64,000 nucleotides of DNA from Takakia lepidozioides (taxonomy: Eukaryota; Plantae; Bryophyta), in assembly GCA_030704615.1 (NCBI GenBank), contig CM060732.1:78244001-78308000 (forward strand), given 5' to 3'. The notes beneath the pieces were generated by a model. It was given only the letters and a program-made list of their open reading frames with translations, searched no databases and had not been told where the DNA came from. The position numbers were made by a program, and so were the translations under genes. Of this stretch, positions 13,701-25,125 are shown one piece after another (position 1 is the stretch's first letter; each line of letters begins with the position of its first letter).

Positions 13701-13840
13701 GCAATAGGCCCACTTGTTCCCACGGTTTTGGGGTCCGCAACAGAAATCTGCTCACGCTTTGAATCTGATCACGCTTCGGGGAATCTGCTCACACATCCAG
13801 GAATCTGTTCACAGGTTCTGCTCACGGCTTTGCTGCCCTC
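10719..13840. mobile_element. Non-autonomous derivative of MULE family A
   Basis: Perfect 9-bp TSD CATGCCCAA (10710-10718, 13841-13849). Ends match 26402 and 53055. Imperfect TIRs GGGGGATTGCTAAACCGTGAGCAGA / GAGGGCAGCAAAGCCGTGAGCAGA. Retains part of the last exon of the MTase-like gene (~11540-11700) and ~10 palindromes. Confidence 0.9.
11729..13451. repeat. Cluster of ~10 family-A palindromes TTAAG(G/A)TGTCGT(CA/TG)ACGACA(C/T)CTTAA
   Basis: Copies start near 11729, 11863, 12106, 12257, 12367, 12473, 12585, 12748, 13290 and 13426. Confidence 0.9.
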
Positions 13841-15140
13841 CATGCCCAAAGACTATCTACTGTGAATACATGCTTCCTTCTCTCTACACAAAATCATGAA
13901 CTGAATTGTATACTCTATTTTGATGTGTAAAACACATGCAGAATTTTCCCTGTGTCGTTTGAGGGGCCTCAAATGACATTAATTTTTTAAGGTTATTATG
14001 GATGGGGTCCTCACAGGTCTGTAAGGTGCTCCCTTGTTTCTTCTCTTACATTTATTTTTCTCTTATGCACATACACACTCTCCTTAGTGGGGCTAGGTTT
14101 TAACCAGCGAAAGCCAGTCCCTGTCTCAGATCTTGAGGGGCTTCATCATTTGGCATCCAAGGCCAACTTTCTTCCCCTCTCCCTCACTTTTCTTATCTTT
14201 GTTTGACTCCATCTCTCTCTTGATTTTTCCCGAAACACACATGCACCAGTGAGTTGTCAGAGGAAAATCTCCACCCCAGCCGATTATTTGCCATATTATT
14301 GGTTGGTATCGGAACCGCTCAAGGGGGTCTTTTGCAAGTTATGTTGTGGGCAAATCAACTCTTCTCCAGAGGCTATCTCCGCTCACATAATACTTTTTGA
14401 CAAGGTGCAAGGTCTGAGGTCACATGCACAGTTCATTGCTACATTCCTGCCTCTAGTAAAATGTCATTTTCATGCACATACAGACTATAGTTTAGGGTTT
14501 ACCTCTCCCTCTGGTCCTGCAATATGCCTCCGTAGGTCCCAAGAAGGCTGAACTTGTAGTTGTACTAGAGATCAAATATACACAGGAGTTTTGCCTTACA
14601 GCTTGAAGCAAACTATCAATCCCATTGCCAGCAATACCATCCAGTGTGCAGGCCTAGAATGGAGATAGTGAGAGATCGGTGAGTGACCATTCTCTGCCAG
14701 TGTTGGCTCTGGTGTGCCCTTGTGGCTGTAGTCCACATGATTTTGAGGTTTCAATCCACCAGGGTATGAGAGAGAGGGTTGCAAGACTATTAAAATGTCA
14801 CCAACGACGCAATGGCGCGAGCGTTGTGCGTGAGCGCGCGAGCGTACGCTCACGCATGAGTGACGTGGTGTGAGCGTCATGTCAGCATGCTGATGCGGCC
14901 ACCTTCCTCCTTCCTCAAATAACAATGAGAGTTAGGATCATCTTCAAAAGATGATTGTAGTGCATAGCGACAGCAAGACATGTAGACTTCGAACGGTGCA
15001 ATGACAAATGTGCTTTTAAAAGTTGTCACTCAGAGCTCACTCCGTATAGTTGGAGGCCATATCATTGCACCGCCGACGAATTGATGTGAATTACACATTT
15101 CAAATCATGGTCGTCCACATACCACATTGCATAGTTGATG

Positions 15141-17418
15141 CTACCCATGTGTTGTATCCCGCTGCAATAGAGTATCGACCTCGTTGAAACTCATAGTGGC
15201 CTGGTGAATGAAGTTGTCACGTTTGGGATCGCAAACCATCATCTTAAAAAATATGAAATACAAATGTTTGCAGGGTATGAATTTACCTCTCTTGCCCAAA
15301 CTGGTTGATAGCATATTCACAAAATCAGGACATGTGCAATTGGGGAAATTGGAAACCGTGATGTCGTAGGTCCTGTCATGAACAGCAGATGTGGAAGTGA
15401 TGATTGTGAATACCCGACCATATCCTGGATGGGGTACTTCCGTGGTGCTTCCAACACGAGCTTGGAGCATTCTTGCGGACTCCACTTTGCCAAAGTGTTC
15501 AGCGGTTGGAGGGAAACGCCGAACGAGCTTTCCATCTGGAACAAAGTGTCCGCCTCCTTCATTGTTCTAGCATCTTTGTACTCTTTGCACAATTTACGGT
15601 GCTGAGTCTATATCTTTGGTTTGATGTCCGACTTTGTATGTTTTTCCAGAGATTGTGTCCAATGGAATAGACATGTACGCTCTCTTCCTCGCATTGGCAC
15701 TTTTGGGTCGCCCGATCCGAAGACAATACGAATAGCATTGAAATTTGCTTGAGCACTATCCGCCATGAAACCTGCGAAATTTGGAGATGGCAACCCATGA
15801 CACGTATCAGGGAATTCCACATGAGCTTCTGGGATTCCGTATCCTCGGATTGCATGTCACAAACTGCAATTGTCATAACTCGTTGGTACACTGGATCGTA
15901 GACATGACAAGCCATTGTCGTCCAATCCTTCACTCGTTTCACATGATCAAACATAAGAAAACAGTTCTGCAAGTCCCCAGTCTTCTGCATCCGCTTCACG
16001 AGGCTAACCCCACTGCCCTCCCCAATAGTCGACATTTTGAAAAGAAAAACTTTGATGGCACCTTGACCTGGGAATACATTGTCCTGGATGTAATCGTACT
16101 TGCTCACTCGTTTCAACTCCAAAATGTTGTCTATGTAGCCTCTGATACCAAAGCCCATTCTTAATGCATTGATCTGATGCCGAATGTTAAGTGAACTCAA
16201 AGTGGAAAAATGATCCATGACCAGGTCCAATGCTGCACCGTCAAGTTTAGTCCCCACAGAATCCCCTCCACTCAAAATATGGCTTTCCAAGAAGGATTTG
16301 CTTGCGCCAAGAGCAATTGCAGATGTTGTTGCGGATGGGTTTCTCCCAAACTCCTGTTTAATCAACCTCGATACTGTCTCAACACTCTCCCTGTAATCCC
16401 CCTTCGAGACAGGATGGTTATGGAATCCGAAATGCACACAAGCTCTTGTCATTGTTTTCAAATGGTGGACAACATAGTACATTCTTGCTCCGCAGAGCGC
16501 CAAGCAGGATGGCACAAGTTTGCAGAATTTGCAGACGAAAGTGTTTGCCGGTGGAGGGGCAGTCCCAGGCTGAAATGGATTTTCCGCCAGACCCTCCCAT
16601 TCGCTTTGATTATGAACCCCAGACTGAAAAAAATGTCTGCAATTCAAATTATCACACCTAAGGTGTCCATTGCAAATTGTTCTCCTGAAAACAAGCTGGT
16701 CATCATTCTGAATATTGGATGTTTTTGTTCTGCACCACGGGTGCCCGTCGTGTTTCTTGTCCATTCCATGCATCATGATTGTTACACCTCCAACTCGCGG
16801 AGGAGGAGGCAGCTCGAATAGGATATCGCCATCAAAAGTCTCTGGCAAGAACTTCACAGGCACCTGCTTCAAAGATTCCCAATCAATTCCTCGCAACTCA
16901 CTTTTGAATCCAGCCATTCCTCCCATCGCCCGTAATTTTGGAATGACACTACAAATCTCTTCTTCATCAGCTTCTCCAACCACAGTAGGAAGGACTGGAT
17001 TTGGAATTTCACTTATGTCATCATCGGACGAATCCGAAAGCTCAACGATTGGAGTGGAGGACGTCTGTTCTTTTTTCACCACCACCTCCCTCTTGTCTTC
17101 AACGATCGAAGCAGCAGTCTCGGGCGTCACATATGACCCAAGGGACTTTCGCCGAGGCTCTCCAAGTACTCTGTATCGACCAGGGCGCACTCTCCACTGG
17201 CTGATATGAGTCGTCTCATCACGGTTTTGGAAAGAGTATTTCAACAACTTCCCTTTCAAATCGTACACCTCTTTCTCCAAAAAGATGGAGCCATTCTAAA
17301 GCTGAAAACGGGTAGCCAAGACATGTTCCAGAACAATTGCAAATCCATTGTCAAGGACTTCCTGGGAGAACGACACTGGTTTGTCGTCAGAGAAGAACTC
17401 CGCTTCAGAGGAAGCCAT
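15141..17418 (-). pseudogene. MULE transposase, family B: GCM-like Zn domain, DDE core, SWIM finger; has a stop, frameshifts and an internal deletion
   Basis: DGHPWCRTKTSN..ICNGHLRCDNLNC..CKFCK..C..FGFHNHP (GCM-like); FDHVKRV, FMADSAQ, CLFH (MULE D, D, CxxH); CTCPDF..CKH (SWIM). Relative to family A it lacks the segment carrying the third acidic residue (junction ~15530). Confidence 0.85.
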
Positions 17419-20400
17419 CTTCCTTCCTCGCGTACGTTGATACCTTGTTATCGCAGACCTTCAGTGTAAATCGGTTTACTGATGTCTCCAGAACACAGTT
17501 GAAGAATGAGCAGAGAATATGGCGGAGGAAGCTCAGACGACGACTGTGCATATTCTGTTATTCTTTCCAGATATGCAGCCGTCCATTTTAATTACTTTTC
17601 TTGTGGGCCCAGTGGTCAGAGTATCCCTAGGAGCAATGTCGGCAGCTGTTAAACCGTTAATCAGAACCTCATTAACAAACACAATAACAAGCCGACTTCC
17701 TGGAAGCATGCCACAAGGTCTGAGGGTGGGATTGCAGATTAAGTAAATGTATCTTTATACTACTACCAATGATCATGTGCACCTGGAAAGTTCAAAATGT
17801 GAAACGAACGTGGGGTTGGCTAACAAGGATGACCGTGTATGATATCCCAAAATTTGTCATCAAACTCTCGTTCATTTACATATATTTGTCTAAGATTGTG
17901 CGCCAAGATTTCTGGGATTCGCTGTTATTTTTAAATATTGGAACTGTTCTAATAAAAAACACGCCGTTTATTTTGGGCGACACATGCCAGTCATCGATAA
18001 CTGAATTCGAACAGCTGTACACTAATTGCTGGCATGTGCACTAATAAGGGAACGACTATGTGTAACGGTCACGCGAGAGGGAATCCGATGCTTCTAGAGA
18101 TAAGCAACAACAAACGCAATCCCGCAAGAAATCGGAAGTCACTTCGTTTTCCAACTTTTCGCGCTTAGAGGGAGAGTGGTAGTCAAGCTGGAGAGGGTTT
18201 CTTCTACTATACGAAAGACAAGAAAGTCTCTTTAACTTACTTCCCTTAGAGAGAGACGCAAAGCAAGAGAGCAAATGACGAGGCGTCGTTTGTTGGAGAA
18301 CACAGGGCCAAGGCAGTAAGTGAACGCGGAGACTGATTCACAAGAGCAGACCGAGACTGAGGCAGCGGCTGTGACACAGTCGGTGATAACAGTGCGCGTT
18401 GGAAACCAGCCTGTGGATGCAGAGATGTCTCACAGGGAAAATTGAAGGAGGTGGAAGCACGAGGAACGCTAAACCGGGAGAAGGTCCAGAAACCCTAGAG
18501 CAGACAGAAATTCCAGCAGATGTGAGAGGGAAGAGGAAAGCTGCAGAAGGGGATCCAATTTCAAAACCTAAGAAGGCGCCAGTAAGTTTTCTGTAACTTA
18601 CATTTCATTGTTGAAGATCTGCGTAGAGATTGAGTTCAATGTCCCAGAAAGGGATTGTCGCTACCGACCATCACCACGAAACAACGGTGATTTGCTTTGT
18701 ACTCCTCTGTTAAGGGTTTACCGCACAATGAGTGGGTGACTGACGGTACCGTCAATCACCGTTGTTCAGATCAAACAGTCTGTCTGATTGCCTTTCAAGC
18801 AGTCCTTCCTCTTCCCTTCTTAAGTAGGAACATGTGATTGAAGTCTGCTGAATTGCGAGCGTCGTTAACGCCATTCGATTCAGGTAGAGTATGGATTGCA
18901 AAGTACTCTCGATATAGACAGGAAACCGTGAATGCTTGCAACGGTAATCACAATGGAGTCAATCTGAATAATCTGCACTTACTGTCCGCCCTAAACTATA
19001 CTGAATGTCGTTGCCGCAAATCACTTACACATATATGTCATTACACAACACCGATCCGGCAGGTCCTTATCTTTTGTGATTGTCGTTAACGCCGTTCACT
19101 ATCGCTCTCGCTTTTGTTTTGAATTCGGCAGGATCAGCTTTGCTTGTGTAGATGGTTCTGAATTTGTTTCACACCATTCCTTGTGAGTTTCTTCGAGATA
19201 GAGTGATGGTCGTTCACTATTTGCATATTACTCAGTCAGATTTGAATGGCATCGTGCAGAAAACTGTGAGGTCCAAGCCTACAGGATCAGAGGGGAAAGG
19301 ATCTGGAGATGGGGAGGAGTCTGGAAAAAGCTCAGAGAATACAGATGAAGCAGATGAATCTGAAGTGCACTACCTTGACAAGGTGAAAGAACTCATGTCA
19401 TTCCAGAAGGTAAACCTCAGGAGGTTATAAGGGACATGCTCGTATCTGGGAGGCGTCTGGACGTCCCTCTGTGCCGGATGATATCTATGCCTGTTGTGCG
19501 TCCACCTCTTTCCCATGACATAACAAAATTGGAGAGTGATTTTGTGCATGGATACAGACTTGGTGGTCAAGTTTTTTATGTGTCACTAACGGATATAAAT
19601 GCGAAAAGCACATTAGTGTCTCCAGAGATCAGTGATAACTGGGATGAGTGTTGGAAAGATGCCAATGAGGAGTTCGAGCTGGGCCTCATGATGGGAAAGA
19701 ACACCCAGCAATTCTGCAACCACGTGTTCTACGTCTGGGACGGCAATCACCGATTGCTGGCATGGATGGGATACATCCAGAAACACCATGCGAAAGACAA
19801 AGACAAGCATGTTGTTGTGGAGGCAATGGTTTTGGATCCTGGAAACGACATCGCTAGGCTTCTTACAGCTATGCACGACGTGAACAAGTAAGTCATCCTA
19901 GAGATTTCATTCCCTCTATAGTGTCTTGTTAATCCCCAAAAAACAGAGTTAAGGAGTGCAATGTTTGCAATGTTTTTGCAGATCGACAGAGAAATCGCAT
20001 GTGACAACAAGCTTGGTCCACACACTATTCCGAATTCAGAGGATTGGTCTGATGAAGCTGGATGATTTTCGGACAGTACTCCCACCCAATATAATCAAGA
20101 AGTGTGAAACAGGAAGAGCTGCAGGCACTTGGTATTCTTTGACTCGAGAGGCGTTTCTGGAGTACATGTATGCGGTAAGCCCGAGTCTGTACTCAGTTTA
20201 CTTTTTGAGTACATGTTTATAGTCCCTTCGGTGCTTATCACTATTTGAATCAATGCAGCAAGAACTGGCAGAGGCAGCTGAGAAGGGAAAATCCGAATAT
20301 TACTGCACTACACCAGAGGAACTAAGGACATCAAAGGGTGTGGAAGCAGCAATAAAGAAGGAGTTTGAAATGCGAAGAACCAAATTGATGTCCGACTTCG

Positions 20401-21089
20401 GAAAGCAGCTTAGAATAGTAGATCCTGGACTTGGTTCTGAGTTCCTTCAGCAGATCAAATCTCACTATGACAAGCATGTGCATCCGGAGATGCAGCAGGA
20501 GAAATTGCACCGGTTGGCCATATCCATGGTCGACCCACAAACAAAAATAAGGTGGCTGGAGATATGGAACTCAGATCAGACAGTAAAGGACTTGAATCAG
20601 TTCCCAAAGAGCACAATACAGCCTGGCACAAAGGTGGAAGGAATCAGTGATTTGGTGTTTGATAACTGGCTCCACAAGGCTACATTTTGGAGTCAGGTGT
20701 GTATTCAAATAAGCCGTTTTCTTTTCTTCAATTATGTGATGAGTACCTTATTTGCAATACTGACAAATATACAATTTGCAGCTCGAAAAGCGCGCCGTCA
20801 TTGTGCTGGAACAGACTTTGAAGGACTTGAACATTTCGATTGTTTCCCCTCCCCAAATGTCATTGGAGGCATACATAAGGAAGTGGAGAGGTCTCACGTG
20901 GAGGTACTGTTTTTTCCGGGAGTTCTCCAAAGATGGTAACATTTTACGGTCCAACGACTTTGACAGTCAGGTTGGAGGAGAGTGGGCCATGATGCGAGTT
21001 GTGTACAGGTGCAATATCATACTGGAAACTCTACTGCATTTTTTGGGAAATAATTTGGCTTCATAAGGATTGTAATCATAGATCCAAAT

Positions 21090-22226
21090 TGAATGTCGTT
21101 GACGACATTCACTTATTTGTCTGAGTCATTCTTAAGCGAGAATTTGAATTCACCTGGATTAGGAGCTTAGGGGGTAATTATAGTGTCCCTGATTAGAATT
21201 GATAATGTCCCTGAATGGCGTTGATGACATTCACATCCAGAGTTGTTGAGATGTCCTTAGAGTTATGTAAGTTTTTGTAATATCCATAGATTTTACAGTG
21301 AGGGTTCCTCACTTCAGTTTGCTGAATGTCAATGCAGACAATCAGTTGTTCTGCATTGCTTTTGCCTCTTGTGAGAAATCTTGAGGCTTGATTAGTTGTG
21401 TTATCAGATATCCGGAGTGAATGTTGTTGACGACATTCACTTCTATGTCTGTGTCATTCACCAGCGACAATTTGAATTTATATGGATTGGGAGCTAATTA
21501 AATGGTTCCTTGTTGGTAATTTTGTGAATGGCGTTGACGCCATTCACATCCACTGTTATTATGAGGTCCTCAGTGTTATGTTCGTTATGAATGTCAATTG
21601 GAAACCAGTTTTTGGGGAGGGTTCCTTAGTCGACTTTCTATTTTCCATCAAATGAATCAAGGCCCCCCACATTGAGGCACAATGAAATTACCACTAGTAC
21701 CTCAGCAACCCATCTGTTGAAAACCTTGCTTCATGGATGTCAAACCCCACAATTTTTGAACATTTTTCATGATGCTAGAATGTTGATCACCAAGATGTTG
21801 AAATTGTTGTGCAGGGTGTTGGGGAGCTTATATAACCTTGCAGACTTGCGGTTTCTTCATTCATGTATTAATGACGTGGTTGCATAATATCTCCCGCAAA
21901 GCTGCACCAACTATGTGGCCTCTTTCCACGACTGGTTCTTGACTGTGGGTAACATTGTCTCGCAAGAGCATCCATTTCATTGTAGATGTCCTCGAAATCA
22001 ATCTCCTTGAAATCGACCAAGATGTTGTACAAGATGCAACAGGCATGGACCTGAGAAATCATTAGGCTTGATTAGCAGTGTATTCACAAATCCAAAGTGA
22101 ATGTCGTTGACGACATTCACTTCTATGTCTGTTTCAATCCAAAGCGAGAGTTTGCATTCACGTGGATTAGGGTGTTTTTACAGTATCATTGAATGGAATG
22201 TTTTAAATGGCGTTGACGACATTCAC
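21090..22226. repeat. Six family-B palindromes (G)TGAATGTCGT-TG-ACGACATTCA(C) within one intron
   Basis: Copies near 21090, 21212, 21417, 21524, 22095 and 22204, arranged as three pairs in a triplicated unit. Confidence 0.9.
21660..22065 (-). mobile_element. Possible PIF/Harbinger transposase C-terminal fragment inserted in the intron
   Basis: HACCILYNILVD resembles the ACCILHN end motif of Harbinger transposases, and the segment interrupts the triplicated intronic repeat. No TSD found. Confidence 0.4.
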
Positions 22227-24699
22227 ATCCGGAGCAGTCGTGTGGTCCTGAAAGGTCCTTGGAGAGTTCTCAGAGCCATTTCATTCTATGTTTTTTTCAT
22301 TCTGTGTTACTTGTATCTTACTCACTTCGCGCTTTGGTGGGTTGGGATTTATCTTATGTTTAACAGGTACACGAAATATGTGCTTATGGAAGGAAATCAC
22401 CTGAGCGGTATTCCAGACTATCTTGACATGTGGTCGGACCCTGCAAACGATCCAACCATGTATACTGCAGGGATATTGAAGGACTGGAGTCCTTCTCACT
22501 TCAGAGACTGTGGCTGGTACCTTGACTGCCCACCGGAGCACACGACCTTTCAAGAACAGCATATGAAATATTTGAACAATAATGTTGAGATGCTGGCGCC
22601 TCTGACTGACAAAGAGTACCAAAGAAACATAGCAACATTGGCTGCCAAGGAGCCTGATGATCAGGGAACGCCGCAGAAGGGAAAGAAGGCGGGCCGCAAA
22701 CCAAAAGACAAGGCTCTTGATGTCATAGCCATCTCACCAGCAAAGCCAAAGGACAAAGACAAGTCCAAAGAGAAGAAAAGGACAAGGGGAAGGAGAAAGA
22801 AAAGGAGATGGAGAGTGGGCAGGACTTCACTGCTGGAAGATATACCCACACAGTTCAGTGCGTGTTCGATGCCAAGCCACACCCTTCCCATTCTGATTCG
22901 GCAGGAGAGATTAAAATTGTCAATGAGGGTTGGCTGGCAATGATGCAGAGTCGAAAGAGAGGATACACTGGGGTGCCTTCGCCTACCTGGGACAACATAA
23001 TCTCATTCTTCAATTTGGTGAGAATTCCAGTTTCTTTCCTTTTTCTCTAAAAGTTTCATTGGCAGTATTTCAGTCTGGTTCTTTGAAAACATTATTGCCA
23101 TCGTTCTTATAAAAAAACATGTCTGTTGCAGGTGAGCACAGGTCCCACCTTCGTGTGCGGTGTGCAGAAAACATATGCGGCTGACATTGTCATTCTCGAC
23201 ATCCCGGATGGCCAGGCTGTGCCAGAAGTTCTTCCAAAGGGCAAGACGCCAGGCTGGAACAAATTCGAGGACAACTACTGGAGTTGGGTGTTCGGGTTCT
23301 GTAATAATTTCTTGCTGATGCAGGGACACTTCTGCTTTTTCAATCATGTGACAATGATAGTCGTCGGGCATTGGCATCATACCTCAAGTCTTCAGGGTTT
23401 GAAGTTTTGCGCACATGGAATTGTGTGAACAGCCTCTACCTTGTGAAAGGGGGTTTCCCTGGTCAGCTGGTATGGCGTCTCCCTTCTGCTTGTGCTTTCA
23501 TGATGAGTTTCAATGTTCTTTGCAGCTCCACTCTAGTAGAATCTGTCATGATCGACACCTATCATCACCGATTCGTGATAAAAATGATTGTTTTGTGCCT
23601 GAGTTCTGAATAGCCTATGTACACACTTCCACTATAGATTGTGTTTACCACACTAACCTGTTATCTTTGGCAGACGAGGATGTTCGAGGCGATCTGCCTG
23701 CGGAGGATTCGCACCTCCAAGACACCATCCTCCATCCGCAGCTTTGAGATTTCTGACCAGGGTTGTTTCGTCAACCCCCCCTATGAGCCGCATGTCGATG
23801 ACATTTTGTACAACTTCATGCAGTCCAGTCAGACCCTGAAGAGACCAGATGGCACTCCCTGGAGAGGTGCAAAGGAAAAATCCCAAGCGTTCATGCAAAT
23901 ACTGTTGGAGTCATGCAGCCACCACTCTGCACGGGTGGTCGATCTTTCTGTGTCCACAAGTTCGTTCTCTCCCTTCCGAATTGATTTTCTTTCACCTGTT
24001 CCATTTGCTTAAATCCCCCCTACCAAACTGTTCATGTCCTCCTGTCTGGTGGAGGAGCAACTTACCATGCATACGCAGGCGGAAGAAGCATTTTTGGCAT
24101 GGAGGGTGATTTTGACCTCTACAACACAGTGCTCCTCCCCCTTTTGTCTGGCTCCACTTCAGGCACACAGACTGATTGGATTCAAATTCGAAATGATGAT
24201 GATCCCGAAGATAAGCAGGTCGAAAAACGACTTTTCATGTGAGTAAGTGCTAAACCCACTTTGGGAGTCATACTCAATTTCTCAATAACATGAAAGTTAC
24301 AGTAATAACTTTTTCAGGCTGTCTTTCAGGAAAAGCAGCGGTGGATCTTCAGGTTATATAGTCATTTGTGGCGAGTCTGTTTTCGACAGCCCCCTTTCCA
24401 ATTTTCTGCTTCCTGGTTATGCCGAAGCAATGGCACTTCACGCGGCCGAGTCCCTATCCCGTGAATTTTTACTGCCCGGCCGTAGGTGTAGCCAGCGTAG
24501 ATCCGGAGTTCTTAAATACTTAGACTTAGATGCAGAGGAAGTGGGGATACATTGTACTGACTCTGAGTCAGACTGAACTATGTTCTTTTACTATTATGTT
24601 TCTTCCTCTTTGGAAAACGTTGAATCCCCTTCCTCCACCGTAGTTGTTCCTTTGGAAAGAAAAATAATCAAAGAATCAACTACCATTTAAATTGCAATA

Positions 24700-25125
24700 T
24701 GTATGAATCCATCTCACAAACCTCCCTCACTCTTGTCATATCCATTGTGCTTTCATCTACAGTGTATTCATGCGTGCTCCATTCATGAATGTTTTCCTTT
24801 GTTCAACATCCATTGTGCATTCATCCTCTGTACTCTTTCATCCACCCGACAAACCTTCCACACTCATGTCATATACGTTGTGCATTCGTCTAAAGTTTTA
24901 GTCATGCATCTTCCTGTCATGAATGTTTGTCATTGCTCAACATCCATTATACATTCATCCATTTGACTCTTATCCATCCCTCATTCATCCATCTACATTC
25001 ATTTTTCACACTCATCCATCTATTTATCATCCAACTATACATTCATCCATCTACATTCATTTTCACACTCATCCATCTGTTTATCATCCAACTATACATT
25101 CATCCATCCTTTATTCAATGCCTTT
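24700..25125. repeat. TCATCCAT-rich low-complexity subterminal tract
   Basis: Repeated CATTCATCCATC units with a ~58-bp tandem duplication. Equivalent tracts lie near both ends of family A (10870-10985, 13530-13620, 26540-26645, 52760-52850). Confidence 0.7.

Larger units (their letters stand above)
18275..24246 (+). pseudogene. Multi-exon ParB/Srx-like plus beta-class amino-(N4C/N6A)-methyltransferase-like gene, family B
   Basis: Approximate exons 19260-19888 (VWDGNHRLLAW), 19982-20174, 20259-20696, 20782-21008, 22367-23016, 23132-23468 (ADIVILDIPDG), 23674-23960 (KEKSQAFMQILLESCS..VVDLSVST), ~24055-24246 (GATYHA..GRSIFGMEGD..DFSCE*). Exon borders are shared with family A. The start is approximate; stops and frameshifts are present. 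Confidence 0.8.

Noticed and set aside
14304-14316. Met-type PBS TGGTATCGGAACC marking an LTR element around element B
   Set aside because: No preceding CA-ended LTR, paired LTR or recognisable gag could be established; at most an old remnant.
23773-23784. NPPY as the catalytic motif IV of the MTase-like gene
   Set aside because: Not conserved in family A (IDPEC at the aligned position) and it lies in the variable region; DIPDG occupies the motif IV position.
18275-24246. Bacterial contamination or prophage as the source of the ParB/MTase sequence
   Set aside because: The gene has GT-AG introns conserved between two copies and lies within TSD-flanked MULEs among plant retrotransposons.
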